This document shows positions 1-8,484 of a DNA stretch of 45,103 nucleotides, one piece after another. The position numbers were made by a program, and so were the translations under genes. Below the pieces are notes generated by a model. That model had not been told where the DNA came from. It did not search any database and was given only the letters and a program-made list of their open reading frames with translations. Source of the DNA: a virus (Duplodnaviria > Caudoviricetes); the IMG/VR virus record IMGVR_UViG_3300032212_000030, positions 1-45,103 of that record; one strand, 5' to 3'. Position 1 is the stretch's first letter; each line of letters starts with the position of its first letter.

Positions 1-127
1 CGTTTGAGGGTAAAGAGGGTAAGTTTGAGGCAACAATTATGTTTCCAAAATCTGACACTAAAACTTATGAGGCGTGTATTGCTGGTATTGAGGCCATGAA
101 AAAAGAGAACAAAGGTGCTAAAGTACC
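1..127. repeat. 127-bp terminal direct overlap with 44977-45103 (circular assembly overlap)
   Basis: The first 127 nt are identical to the last 127 nt, and the overlap falls inside a coding sequence. Confidence 0.95.
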
Positions 128-449
128 TGACTCAAAAACGTTCATCAAAGATGGTGATGATGTAGAGTACGATGGTTGCGAGGGTATGTGGATGGTTAAA
201 GCATCTAACAACAAACGCCCAACAACTCTTAAACGCGATGGTGAACCAGCGGTTGAAGAGGATGACGTATTTTATGCTGGTTGTTATGTACAGGCTATTA
301 TCGAACCTTGGTTTCAAAATAACCAATTTGGTAAGCGTGTAAATGCAAACTTACTTGGAGTTAAATTCGCTAAAGACGGTGAACCATTAGGTGATGGTGG
401 TACAACTGTTGGAGAAGATGACTTCGATGAGTTTGACGACGACCTTTAG
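1..449 (+). CDS. DUF2815-family ssDNA-binding protein, 3' part
   Basis: FYAGCYV, VNANLLGVKFAKDGEPLG and an acidic C-terminal tail (DDFDEFDDDL); sits after the DUF2800 gene. Confidence 0.85.
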   Translation, partial: FEGKEGKFEATIMFPKSDTKTYEACIAGIEAMKKENKGAKVPDSKTFIKDGDDVEYDGCEGMWMVKASNNKRPTTLKRDGEPAVEEDDVFYAGCYVQAIIEPWFQNNQFGKRVNANLLGVKFAKDGEPLGDGGTTVGEDDFDEFDDDL

Positions 450-455
450 TTGTCT

Positions 456-475
456 CTAAGCCCTTCGGGGTTTAG
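456..475 (+). terminator. UUCG-tetraloop hairpin after the SSB gene (terminator or stability element)
   Basis: ctaagccc-TTCG-gggtttag; no clear U-tract follows. Confidence 0.45.
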
Positions 476-527
476 CTGAGAGCTAAAACTCTAAATAAAG
501 TGTACCTACACTAGAAAAAGGATTGTT

Positions 528-782
528 ATGAGTTATTTTGAAGATTTTATTGAACCTCATATAGGTGAGTTGGAAGATTGGATGTATGGTCGCAATTACG
601 ATGACTTCCAATACAGTGATACTCAGTGGTTGCACGATGGTAAATGGTATTTCTACGAACATTTATCGACTAAACACCTAAATGCTATTGTTGGTCTATT
701 GACAAAAAAGAAGTTGCGTGTACCGCCTCATCTTGAGATTGTTATTGATGACCGCGTTAAGGAGATGTTCGATGAAGAATAA
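528..782 (+). CDS. Hypothetical protein
   Basis: ORF with AAAGGA RBS; overlaps the polymerase start. Confidence 0.7.
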   Translation: MSYFEDFIEPHIGELEDWMYGRNYDDFQYSDTQWLHDGKWYFYEHLSTKHLNAIVGLLTKKKLRVPPHLEIVIDDRVKEMFDEE

Positions 783-2568
783 ACGATTAGTTGTATTGGA
801 TATAGAGTGTTATCCTAACTACTTCCTACTAGCTGTCAAGTCTATTGACAAAAAGAAGCTCTTAACTTTCGAGGCTTTTGGTGCTGATGAGAAGTTAGAT
901 AGAGAACAGCGTTCACGTATTCACAGCCTGTTGACCAAGTACACGACCTTTGGTTTTAACTCGATTAAATATGATATACCTATGATAGCTTATGCTCTTA
1001 AGGGTGCTACCTGTAAAGAATTGTATAAGGTGTCTAAGGATATCATTGAGAAGAATCAACCTGATTGGATGACGTATCAGAAGTTGGGTATTGAGCAACC
1101 AGCTTATGACCACTTCGATATCTCTGAACCAGCCCCAGCCGTAATGATTTCTCTTAAGAATTACGGTACACGTGTAGGAAGTAAGAAGCTTTGGGACTTA
1201 CCCTTTGACCCTCACAAACCTGTAACGCGTGATGAGGCTGATACATTAAGGAGGTACTGTGAAAATGATTTGGATGTCACTACAGATTTATATGATGTCA
1301 TTAGTGACCGTATTGATTTACGTGTGGCTATGGGTGAAGATTACGGATTAGATTTACGTTCTAAGTCTGATGCTCAGATTGCTGAAACCGTCATCTCATC
1401 TGAGCTTGAGAAAGTTGGAGTTAAGGCGGTTAAACCTGTCTTGCAAGATAACTATAAAACAAAATATAAGGCCCCTGACTTTATCAAGTTTGAGAGTTAT
1501 GACCTGAACGATTTATTACAAACGGTACAGGATATCAAGTTTGAGTTACAGGCTAACGGCTCAGTTAAGATACCTAAAGAGTTGGCTAACCGTAAGATTA
1601 TTATTGGTAACACAACGTATAAGATGGGGATTGGTGGACTACACTCTCAAGAGAAGTCATTGTCTGTTGTTAGCAATAAGACTCATGTTATGCGTAATGC
1701 TGACTTCGCGTCGTACTATCCGTTCATCATCTTGAACTTAGGTCTGTTTCCTAAACACTTGGGAGCTGGGTTCTTAAAGGTGTACCGTAAAATTGTTGAG
1801 ACACGACTCAAGGCAAAACGTGAAGGTGACAAGCTGGTAGCTGACTCATTGAAGATTACAATTAATGGGAGCTTTGGTAAGTTTGGTTCTAAGTATTCTA
1901 AACTCTACTCACCTGACTTGCTACTAGCTACTACCATCACAGGTCAACTTACTCTGTTGATGCTGATTGAGCAAATGGAGAAACACAACATCCCTGTCCA
2001 ATCTGCTAACACGGATGGTCTTGAGTACTTCTGCCCTAGAGATAAGGTGGACTTGGCTGAGAGCTTGGTCTTTGATTTAGAACTGGTTACAGGTTTTGAG
2101 ATGGAGCATGGTGAGTATCAAGCTCTACACGCTTCTAACGTTAATAACTATGTGGCTGTCTACGATGGCTACACTAAAGCTAAGGGGCTTTACGCTGAGA
2201 CAACACTAAGTAAAGGTCGCTCAACTCCTATTGTCTATGAGGCTGTACGTAAGTACCTGTTAGACGGTACTAAGCTTGGCTTCACCATTACGAGTTGTAA
2301 AAATATTAACGAGTTCGTGTCGGCACGTACAGTTAAGGGTGGTGGCGTTTATGATGGTAACTATTTAGGAAAGATGGTGCGATGGTACTACTCAACTAAG
2401 AGTAAAGGTCCTATCACCTATAAACTTAATGGTAATAAGGTACCTAAGACAGACGGTTGTGTACCTATGATGGACTTAACTGATGAGTTGCCTGAGGACT
2501 TAGATTGGGAATGGTATGAGGCTGAAGCGATAAGCAAGTTAAAAGATTTAGGAGTTGATTATGCGTAA
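772..2568 (+). CDS. Family B-type DNA polymerase with 3'-5' exonuclease domain (start probably 772, not 718)
   Basis: ExoI LDIECY, ExoII FNSIKYD, ExoIII YCEND; PolB motif A ADFASYYP, motif B KITINGSFGK, motif C NTDG; AAGGAG RBS before ATG 772. Confidence 0.9.
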   Translation: MKNKRLVVLDIECYPNYFLLAVKSIDKKKLLTFEAFGADEKLDREQRSRIHSLLTKYTTFGFNSIKYDIPMIAYALKGATCKELYKVSKDIIEKNQPDWMTYQKLGIEQPAYDHFDISEPAPAVMISLKNYGTRVGSKKLWDLPFDPHKPVTRDEADTLRRYCENDLDVTTDLYDVISDRIDLRVAMGEDYGLDLRSKSDAQIAETVISSELEKVGVKAVKPVLQDNYKTKYKAPDFIKFESYDLNDLLQTVQDIKFELQANGSVKIPKELANRKIIIGNTTYKMGIGGLHSQEKSLSVVSNKTHVMRNADFASYYPFIILNLGLFPKHLGAGFLKVYRKIVETRLKAKREGDKLVADSLKITINGSFGKFGSKYSKLYSPDLLLATTITGQLTLLMLIEQMEKHNIPVQSANTDGLEYFCPRDKVDLAESLVFDLELVTGFEMEHGEYQALHASNVNNYVAVYDGYTKAKGLYAETTLSKGRSTPIVYEAVRKYLLDGTKLGFTITSCKNINEFVSARTVKGGGVYDGNYLGKMVRWYYSTKSKGPITYKLNGNKVPKTDGCVPMMDLTDELPEDLDWEWYEAEAISKLKDLGVDYA

Positions 2569-3331
2569 ACTATCATGGTTAATTGTTTTAGGTTCTATAA
2601 TATTGTTCCAACTTCACAGCGGTTTTGCTTGGGTTGAGATAACAGGTAGTGATATTGGTTGGGCTTGGGCGGTTATGTTCGAGTTATCTGCTATCTACTT
2701 CTTAGCAACAGGTAACAAGACTTTAGGGATTGTTACTTACACGGTTGTTTTGTGTATGGCTTCTTACAGTATCTCAAAAGATGGTAGGACTGAGGTTATG
2801 GCTGGTGTTAATGATAAGGCTATTGAACTTGCTGAACAAACTTTAAAAAGTATTGTTGACGCTGAGAGAGATTGGCCTATTACGATTCAAAAAACTATGG
2901 CTAGTATTCAACAGTTAAAAGAGACTAACCATAGCACCGCTACTAACGCAACTAAGATTGTTTTTGGTATTGAAACACTACTGCAAATCATCGCCCTATT
3001 CTTTATCATGATAGCTCAAGTGAAAGCCGTTACATTTTTACGTGAAGAGGTAGTAACAGTTACGGAACCTAAGCCTGTAACCCCAAATGTAACTACAAGT
3101 AACCCTACTGCAACTACTCCTGAGGCTGTTTTTGCAATCAAGGTTTTAAAGGCCCTTACAATTTTTGGTAACGTTAATGGTCTTACTTCTGAAACCTCTG
3201 TACGTAAAAGGTTGGAGCTAGATGCACCTACGTTCACCCGTTTAAAAAAGACGCGGGACACAGGCTCAGGTATGAAGATAAAAACGATGCAACTTATCTT
3301 AGATACTGTAAATAATTATAAGGAGGCATGA
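2561..3331 (+). CDS. Multi-pass membrane protein with T/P-rich linker and possible C-terminal HTH-like domain
   Basis: Three N-terminal hydrophobic segments, a helical loop, a fourth TM, VTEPKPVTPNVTT linker; GGAG RBS before ATG 2561. Confidence 0.75.
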   Translation: MRKLSWLIVLGSIILFQLHSGFAWVEITGSDIGWAWAVMFELSAIYFLATGNKTLGIVTYTVVLCMASYSISKDGRTEVMAGVNDKAIELAEQTLKSIVDAERDWPITIQKTMASIQQLKETNHSTATNATKIVFGIETLLQIIALFFIMIAQVKAVTFLREEVVTVTEPKPVTPNVTTSNPTATTPEAVFAIKVLKALTIFGNVNGLTSETSVRKRLELDAPTFTRLKKTRDTGSGMKIKTMQLILDTVNNYKEA

Positions 3332-3621
3332 TGCAACAAATAATCGCCTCACTCATAATACTGTTGGTATTATGCTTTAAGCCTAACGCCCTTTATAGTA
3401 AAGTGGATAGTAGGTTCTTTGACAATCACCAGTATAATGCCTTATGGGTGTTAGCTGATGGGAGATGTGTATTTTGTAACGTGAAGTTGTTACCACGTAA
3501 AGGTAATGATAGAAGCGGTGAAGCTGACCACATTATAGCGTGGTCTAAAGGTGGTGAGACTACCATCAGTAACGGACAGATGTTGTGCCGTAAATGTAAT
3601 CGAAAAAAGGGTAACAAATGA
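3328..3621 (+). CDS. HNH endonuclease with hydrophobic N-terminus
   Basis: CVFC, DHIIAWSKGG, NGQMLCRKCNRKKG; N-terminal IIASLIILLVLCF. Confidence 0.85.
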   Translation: MMQQIIASLIILLVLCFKPNALYSKVDSRFFDNHQYNALWVLADGRCVFCNVKLLPRKGNDRSGEADHIIAWSKGGETTISNGQMLCRKCNRKKGNK

Positions 3622-3824
3622 AAACTGAAAACAAAACAGACCCACTATTATATGTGATTTACTTAGGAATCGTATTATTAATTATAGCAATAATATTTTT
3701 CTTATCACTACACATTAACAGCTTAGATGCTTTCAAAAAAACAAAGCATACAGAAAGCAATATCACGTACATTAAAAAAGGTGAATGGAACACAGAATTT
3801 GGGGTTCAAGGGAGTAAAGAATAA
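3618..3824 (+). CDS. Small single-TM hypothetical protein
   Basis: Hydrophobic stretch LLYVIYLGIVLLIIAIIFFL; overlaps neighbouring genes. Confidence 0.65.
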   Translation: MKTENKTDPLLYVIYLGIVLLIIAIIFFLSLHINSLDAFKKTKHTESNITYIKKGEWNTEFGVQGSKE

Positions 3825-4039
3825 TGAAAATAGATGTAATGAAAATAATACAAAATGCCTTAATAGGTGGAACTAATGGTGATATGGCTTTCAAATATAA
3901 CAACCATTTTGTGAGAGAGTTATTTGATAATTTTGAATATACTCCCAAGGATGCGAAATTTACTCCAAGTAGTTATGATGATGACAAATTCAGAGCATTT
4001 TTATATGAGATATTGCACAATGAAAAAGAGGCAGAATAA
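3824..4039 (+). CDS. Hypothetical protein
   Basis: TAATG translational coupling on both sides. Confidence 0.65.
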   Translation: MKIDVMKIIQNALIGGTNGDMAFKYNNHFVRELFDNFEYTPKDAKFTPSSYDDDKFRAFLYEILHNEKEAE

Positions 4040-4176
4040 TGGAATACATATACTCAATCATATTCGTAATAGGCATGGGAATAATCATTAAAGGTGGCTT
4101 ATCATCAAGTAAAGCAACAAAGAAGCATAAGCGTAACGATTATGTTTTAACTCGGTTCTATGAGCCTAAAGGATAA
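4039..4176 (+). CDS. Small membrane peptide, 45 aa (not in ORF track)
   Basis: MEYIYSIIFVIGMGIIIKGG...EPKG*; coupled to the upstream stop and fills the gap exactly. Confidence 0.6.
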   Translation: MEYIYSIIFVIGMGIIIKGGLSSSKATKKHKRNDYVLTRFYEPKG

Positions 4177-4179
4177 GAG

Positions 4180-4446
4180 ATGGAAGCATCAATACAAGCA
4201 GTAGTAGCAAGATTTAACAATAAACCTATTTCAGTTGAAGCAATAAATGATGATTATACATCTGTGCAAGTCGTTTTGAAGCTATCAGATTTAGATGATG
4301 AAACGATAGAGGTATTAAAAAACGATAGGTTTGTTAATGTATCAGAACAGTCAGTTAACTTAGGTGAAATGGAAGCCAAAGACTATTCAAACATCAATGA
4401 TAAGTTAACAATTAAAATAGAATTTTTTTCTATTACTGTAACCTAA
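4180..4446 (+). CDS. Hypothetical protein
   Basis: AAAGGATAAGAG RBS. Confidence 0.7.
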   Translation: MEASIQAVVARFNNKPISVEAINDDYTSVQVVLKLSDLDDETIEVLKNDRFVNVSEQSVNLGEMEAKDYSNINDKLTIKIEFFSITVT

Positions 4447-4456
4447 AGGATAAGAG

Positions 4457-4741
4457 ATGAATATAGATGATTTAAAACTAATACAACAACAATATAAGCT
4501 AGGGTTAGATATTGGTGACGATTTAATGATGCTATCAGAGTATATCCAATCACTACAAGCCGAACTATCAGCACTTAAAGAGGGTGTGGTGGCAGAGTTT
4601 GAAGCAAGTTTAACAATGGGTACTGAAATGATGGGAACAAGTAAAATAGTTATACATGATAGTGATATTGATTTTGCTTTTAATGGTAGCTCATTAGGTG
4701 GGAAAAAGTATAAAGTCACAATTTCAGAAGTAAAGGAATAG
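4457..4741 (+). CDS. Hypothetical protein
   Basis: AAAGGATAAGAG RBS. Confidence 0.7.
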   Translation: MNIDDLKLIQQQYKLGLDIGDDLMMLSEYIQSLQAELSALKEGVVAEFEASLTMGTEMMGTSKIVIHDSDIDFAFNGSSLGGKKYKVTISEVKE

Positions 4742-4743
4742 AG

Positions 4744-4929
4744 ATGAGTACACCTAAACAATATTTTATAATCGCAGTAAGCGTCTTAGTAGGTTCTTAT
4801 ATTATAGGAACTATGATAGGCAAAGACATTAAAGAGAAAAATGCTAAGTTTTCGGAATCAGGCTTATACGAACAAAAACAAGTTTGTAAAATGTATGAAA
4901 ATATTTGGGTATTAAAAGACCAACAATGA
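4744..4929 (+). CDS. Small single-TM hypothetical protein
   Basis: AAAGGA RBS; hydrophobic N-terminal half. Confidence 0.6.
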   Translation: MSTPKQYFIIAVSVLVGSYIIGTMIGKDIKEKNAKFSESGLYEQKQVCKMYENIWVLKDQQ

Positions 4930-5018
4930 CACTTTATTAAGCAGACATAGCAACACTACTAAGTATAGCACTTATAACGCTTGTATCGGTAGTGTATCAA
5001 CTAAGGAGTATTAGATGA
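4926..5018 (+). pseudogene. Small membrane-peptide ORF interrupted by TAA at codon 5
   Basis: MTLY*ADIATLLSIALITLVSVVYQLRSIR*; ATGA overlaps at both ends. Confidence 0.4.
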
Positions 5019-5260
5019 ACGAAACAGAACTAATTTACGGAACACTACACAGATACTTAAGGCATACTGGCTTAACAGCAGAAGATATAATCAATACTAT
5101 TGATGGTGAGATATCATGCTTAGAAGAAACACGTAACGAGCATATCAAAAATCGTGATAACTTCACTTCAAATGATTTGATTATTTTTGCATCACGTAAT
5201 GAGGTGATAGACAAAAAGAAAAAGCATAAACAACGTATGCTTGAATTTATAGGAGGATAA
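5015..5260 (+). CDS. Hypothetical protein
   Basis: AAGGAG RBS. Confidence 0.7.
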   Translation: MNETELIYGTLHRYLRHTGLTAEDIINTIDGEISCLEETRNEHIKNRDNFTSNDLIIFASRNEVIDKKKKHKQRMLEFIGG

Positions 5261-5262
5261 AT

Positions 5263-5958
5263 ATGAGTCAGTGGAAAGAACTAAAGAAGTGTAAAGAGTG
5301 TGGTGTTGGAAAGAGCTTGCAAGCTTATCAACAAGATAAGGACATATGCTCAATCTGTGTTACAGAAATTATCCAAGAGAAGTGGGCTAATGGTATTGCA
5401 ACCTATAGAAAGTGTAAAGAGTGTGGCGAACACAAGAACGCTTCACCTAACTTCTATGTAACTACAATGGGTGTAATGTATAACACTTGCAAAACTTGCA
5501 AGGCTCTATACCATCATAAACGTAGAGGTGTGATAGATGCTAAACCTAATTGTAACTATCGTGGTACAGTTGTTGATGAACAAAGATGTTGTAGAAAGTG
5601 TGATGAGATAAAGCATATAGATATGTTTTACACCAATTACGCTGACTGTAGAAAGTGTTTAGGTAGACCAGAAAAGAAACTATTACAGCGTAAAGGCAAG
5701 AATGTTAAACCTTGTCCTAGAGAAGGTGATACAATGCAGTGTAATAAGTGTGATGAGTTTAAACCTTTTGATGAGTTCTATAAAGACTCAAAGAATATAT
5801 ATTCATTTGGCAGACAAAGAGCTTGTAAGATTTGTACTAACGACCGTAAGCGAGAGTGGTATGAAAAGAACAAAGATAAAGCACCTATTATAGGTAAAGA
5901 AAACTTTCTTGAGAAGTTCAATAACATGAAAGAGGAGATGTTTAATGACACGATTTAA
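5263..5958 (+). CDS. Multi zinc-ribbon protein (8 CxxC motifs)
   Basis: CKEC/CSIC, CKEC/CKTC, CRKC/CRKC, CNKC/CKIC; AGGAGG RBS. Confidence 0.8.
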   Translation: MSQWKELKKCKECGVGKSLQAYQQDKDICSICVTEIIQEKWANGIATYRKCKECGEHKNASPNFYVTTMGVMYNTCKTCKALYHHKRRGVIDAKPNCNYRGTVVDEQRCCRKCDEIKHIDMFYTNYADCRKCLGRPEKKLLQRKGKNVKPCPREGDTMQCNKCDEFKPFDEFYKDSKNIYSFGRQRACKICTNDRKREWYEKNKDKAPIIGKENFLEKFNNMKEEMFNDTI

Positions 5959-6346
5959 AAAGATTTATTATTGGAATATGAGTAGAGGTTTAATAGCAAA
6001 AGGTTTTAATCATGAAACCGAAATAAAGCTACTAAGTGAGGAGTTATTGGAGTTCATATCTACACCAGTAGAGAACACTAGATGGTGGCACAAGCTTATG
6101 CCACAACGCTATAAAGTCCCAACAGAACATGAGATGATTGATGCCCTCAATGACATTATCGTTGTGGCTACTGGTGCTATTTACAAGATGGGCTATGATG
6201 CTGACAAGACTTTAGATGAAACCATTAAAGAGATTGAGTCTCGACGTGGTAAAATCAATCTTAAAACAGGTAAGTTTGAGAAAGACTTATCACCTGAGGC
6301 TAAAGAGCTTTGGTGCAAGGCGAACTACGACAAATGTAAACTATAA
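5945..6346 (+). CDS. MazG-like (all-alpha) nucleotide pyrophosphohydrolase
   Basis: LSEELLEF ... IDALNDIIVV ... ETIKEIESR-GK-KD pattern. Confidence 0.7.
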   Translation: MTRFKKIYYWNMSRGLIAKGFNHETEIKLLSEELLEFISTPVENTRWWHKLMPQRYKVPTEHEMIDALNDIIVVATGAIYKMGYDADKTLDETIKEIESRRGKINLKTGKFEKDLSPEAKELWCKANYDKCKL

Positions 6347-6362
6347 CTAAAAGGATATAAGG

Positions 6363-7700
6363 ATGTTAACAATAGATAACCTACACCATTACCAAGAGAG
6401 GGCGGTTAGTCACGTTTTAGACGTACCAAAATCGGCACTCTTTCTCGACATGGGATTAGGTAAAACAATTACAACGCTCACAGCTATTGATGAGTTAATG
6501 TGGAATAGGTTTCATGTTAATCGCGTCTTGATTATTGCACCTTTACGTGTTGCTAACACTGTATGGCACACTGAGGCTAAGAACTGGGAACACACTAAGG
6601 GTTTAAAGTTCAGTATTGTTACAGGTAAACTGGAAGATAGAGTCAAGGCTTTACAACGCAGTGCTGACATCTATGTAATTAACAGAGAGAATGTTAAATG
6701 GATTGTGGAATACTACAAATCTAAATGGCCTTTCGACATGGTGGTTATAGATGAGTCCTCATCGTTCAAGAGCCACGCCTCACAGCGTTTTAAAGCTCTA
6801 AAGAAGGTCTTACATAAGGTTACGCGTATGGTGCTGTTAACAGGTACCCCAGCGTCTAATGGTTATATGGACTTATGGTCACAGGTTTATCTGTTAGATG
6901 GTGGTACGCGTCTTGGTCGTAACATCACCAGCTATAAGAGTCAGTATTTTATTAGTGACTTCATGGGTTACAACTATGAGTTGCGAGAGGGTAGCGTTAA
7001 ACGTATCCAAGATAAGATACAAGATGTTGTCTTGAGTATGCAAGCTAGTGACTACTTAGAACTACCTGACCTTATCCCCTCAGTGCTTGGTAACAAGTTG
7101 GAGGGTAAACTTCTCACTCAATACACCAAGTTTGAGAAAGAGATGATAATGTCTATAACTAAGGACGATAAGCTTACAGCCATGTCGGCCGCGACTTTAT
7201 CCAACAAGCTTCTACAGTTCTGTAGCGGGAATGTGTACGATGAGAATGGTGTCGTACACAACATCCATAGATTAAAACTGGATACACTTAAGGAGATTAT
7301 AGATGAAAACCCAAATGATAATATCCTCATCGCCTACAACTATAAGCACGAGTTACAGGCACTTCTTGACGAATTTCCTACTGCGGTCACTCTTGACAAA
7401 AAGGGTGAAGCTGTCGCGGAGTGGAACAAAGGTAACATCAAACTTCTATTGGCACATCCAGCATCTGCTGGACACGGGCTTAATCTCCAACACGGAGGCT
7501 CACTTGCTGTTTGGTATGGTTTTACGTTTTCTTTAGAATTATATCAGCAATTTAATGCTAGACTACATCGTCAAGGACAAAACCATACCGTACGTTTAAT
7601 GCACATTGCTGTTGGAGAAATTGAAGAACATCTCATGCGAGTACTTGCAAAAAAAGATGCGGTACAAGATGATTTACTAAAGGCGTTAAAATGCAATTAA
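6363..7700 (+). CDS. SNF2-family (SF2) phage DNA helicase
   Basis: LHHYQ, LDMGLGKT, VIDESS, LTGTP, SAGHGLNLQ, QFNARLHRQGQ. Confidence 0.93.
   Translation: MLTIDNLHHYQERAVSHVLDVPKSALFLDMGLGKTITTLTAIDELMWNRFHVNRVLIIAPLRVANTVWHTEAKNWEHTKGLKFSIVTGKLEDRVKALQRSADIYVINRENVKWIVEYYKSKWPFDMVVIDESSSFKSHASQRFKALKKVLHKVTRMVLLTGTPASNGYMDLWSQVYLLDGGTRLGRNITSYKSQYFISDFMGYNYELREGSVKRIQDKIQDVVLSMQASDYLELPDLIPSVLGNKLEGKLLTQYTKFEKEMIMSITKDDKLTAMSAATLSNKLLQFCSGNVYDENGVVHNIHRLKLDTLKEIIDENPNDNILIAYNYKHELQALLDEFPTAVTLDKKGEAVAEWNKGNIKLLLAHPASAGHGLNLQHGGSLAVWYGFTFSLELYQQFNARLHRQGQNHTVRLMHIAVGEIEEHLMRVLAKKDAVQDDLLKALKCN
7644..7691 (+). repeat. Copy 1 of an imperfect 48-bp direct repeat (helicase C-terminal 16 codons)
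   Basis: 42/48 identical to 8142-8189; all differences are synonymous. Confidence 0.9.
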
Positions 7701-8149
7701 TTAAAGACTTAGGTACAAGTAAAACCGAAAGTGGTCGAAAGGTTAGATTAGGAGTATATCTTTGTCCGTCTTGCGACAAAGAGGTGACTGTCAATCAATA
7801 TGATGTTAACCGTAAGCGTGGTAACAAAATGTGTTACACCTGTAGTCAAACTGCTAATGGATATAAACATGGATTAAGTAATTCAAGGTTATATCGAATA
7901 TGGACTAACATGAAACAAAGGGTTAGTAACCCAAAGAATAAAGACTATAAGAGGTATTGTGGTTTAGGTATGACACCCGATTGGTTCTTAGACTTTAAAA
8001 GGTTTTATGATTGGTCTATGGAAAATGGTTATGAGGATGGGTTTCAAATACATCGGAAGAACAACGATAAAGGTTACGCGGATTGGAACTGTGAATGGTT
8101 ATCACAGGATGACCATTTAGAAAAACATAAAAATGACCGCCCTTGCTAA
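7691..8149 (+). CDS. Putative HNH homing endonuclease
   Basis: CPSC/CYTC, KHGLSNSRLYRIWTNMKQRV, QIHRKNNDKGYADWNCEW. Confidence 0.8.
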   Translation: MQLIKDLGTSKTESGRKVRLGVYLCPSCDKEVTVNQYDVNRKRGNKMCYTCSQTANGYKHGLSNSRLYRIWTNMKQRVSNPKNKDYKRYCGLGMTPDWFLDFKRFYDWSMENGYEDGFQIHRKNNDKGYADWNCEWLSQDDHLEKHKNDRPC

Positions 8150-8192
8150 AAAGGATGCGGTACAAGATGATTTACTGAAAGCATTAAAGTAA
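8142..8192 (+). repeat. Copy 2: orphan helicase 3' end LAKKDAVQDDLLKALK*
   Basis: Encodes the same peptide as 7644-7691, followed by TAA. Confidence 0.9.
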
Positions 8193-8207
8193 ACCTAAAG
8201 GATTAAT

Positions 8208-8483
8208 ATGCCAAAATCAGAGAGTAAGATACAAAAAGAGATAGTAGATTATCTTAAAGGCAAAGGTTATTACGTCATTAAGATAGTAAGAGCTAATGAG
8301 CAAGGTGTCGCTGACTTGGCTGTCTGTAAGGACGGTAGGTACATAGCTATCGAAGTCAAAGCGGTTGGTAAAAAGAAGAACGTTACAAAGCTACAAGAGC
8401 ATCAACTTCATCTCGTGCGAATGAGTGGAGGCAAAGCCTTTGTAGCTGATAGCGTTTGGGACTGTATAGAACACGGGTTATGA
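8208..8483 (+). CDS. VRR-NUC domain nuclease (Holliday junction resolvase-like)
   Basis: SESKIQKEI, GVADL, AIEVK, TKLQ. Confidence 0.88.
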   Translation: MPKSESKIQKEIVDYLKGKGYYVIKIVRANEQGVADLAVCKDGRYIAIEVKAVGKKKNVTKLQEHQLHLVRMSGGKAFVADSVWDCIEHGL

Positions 8484-8484
8484 G

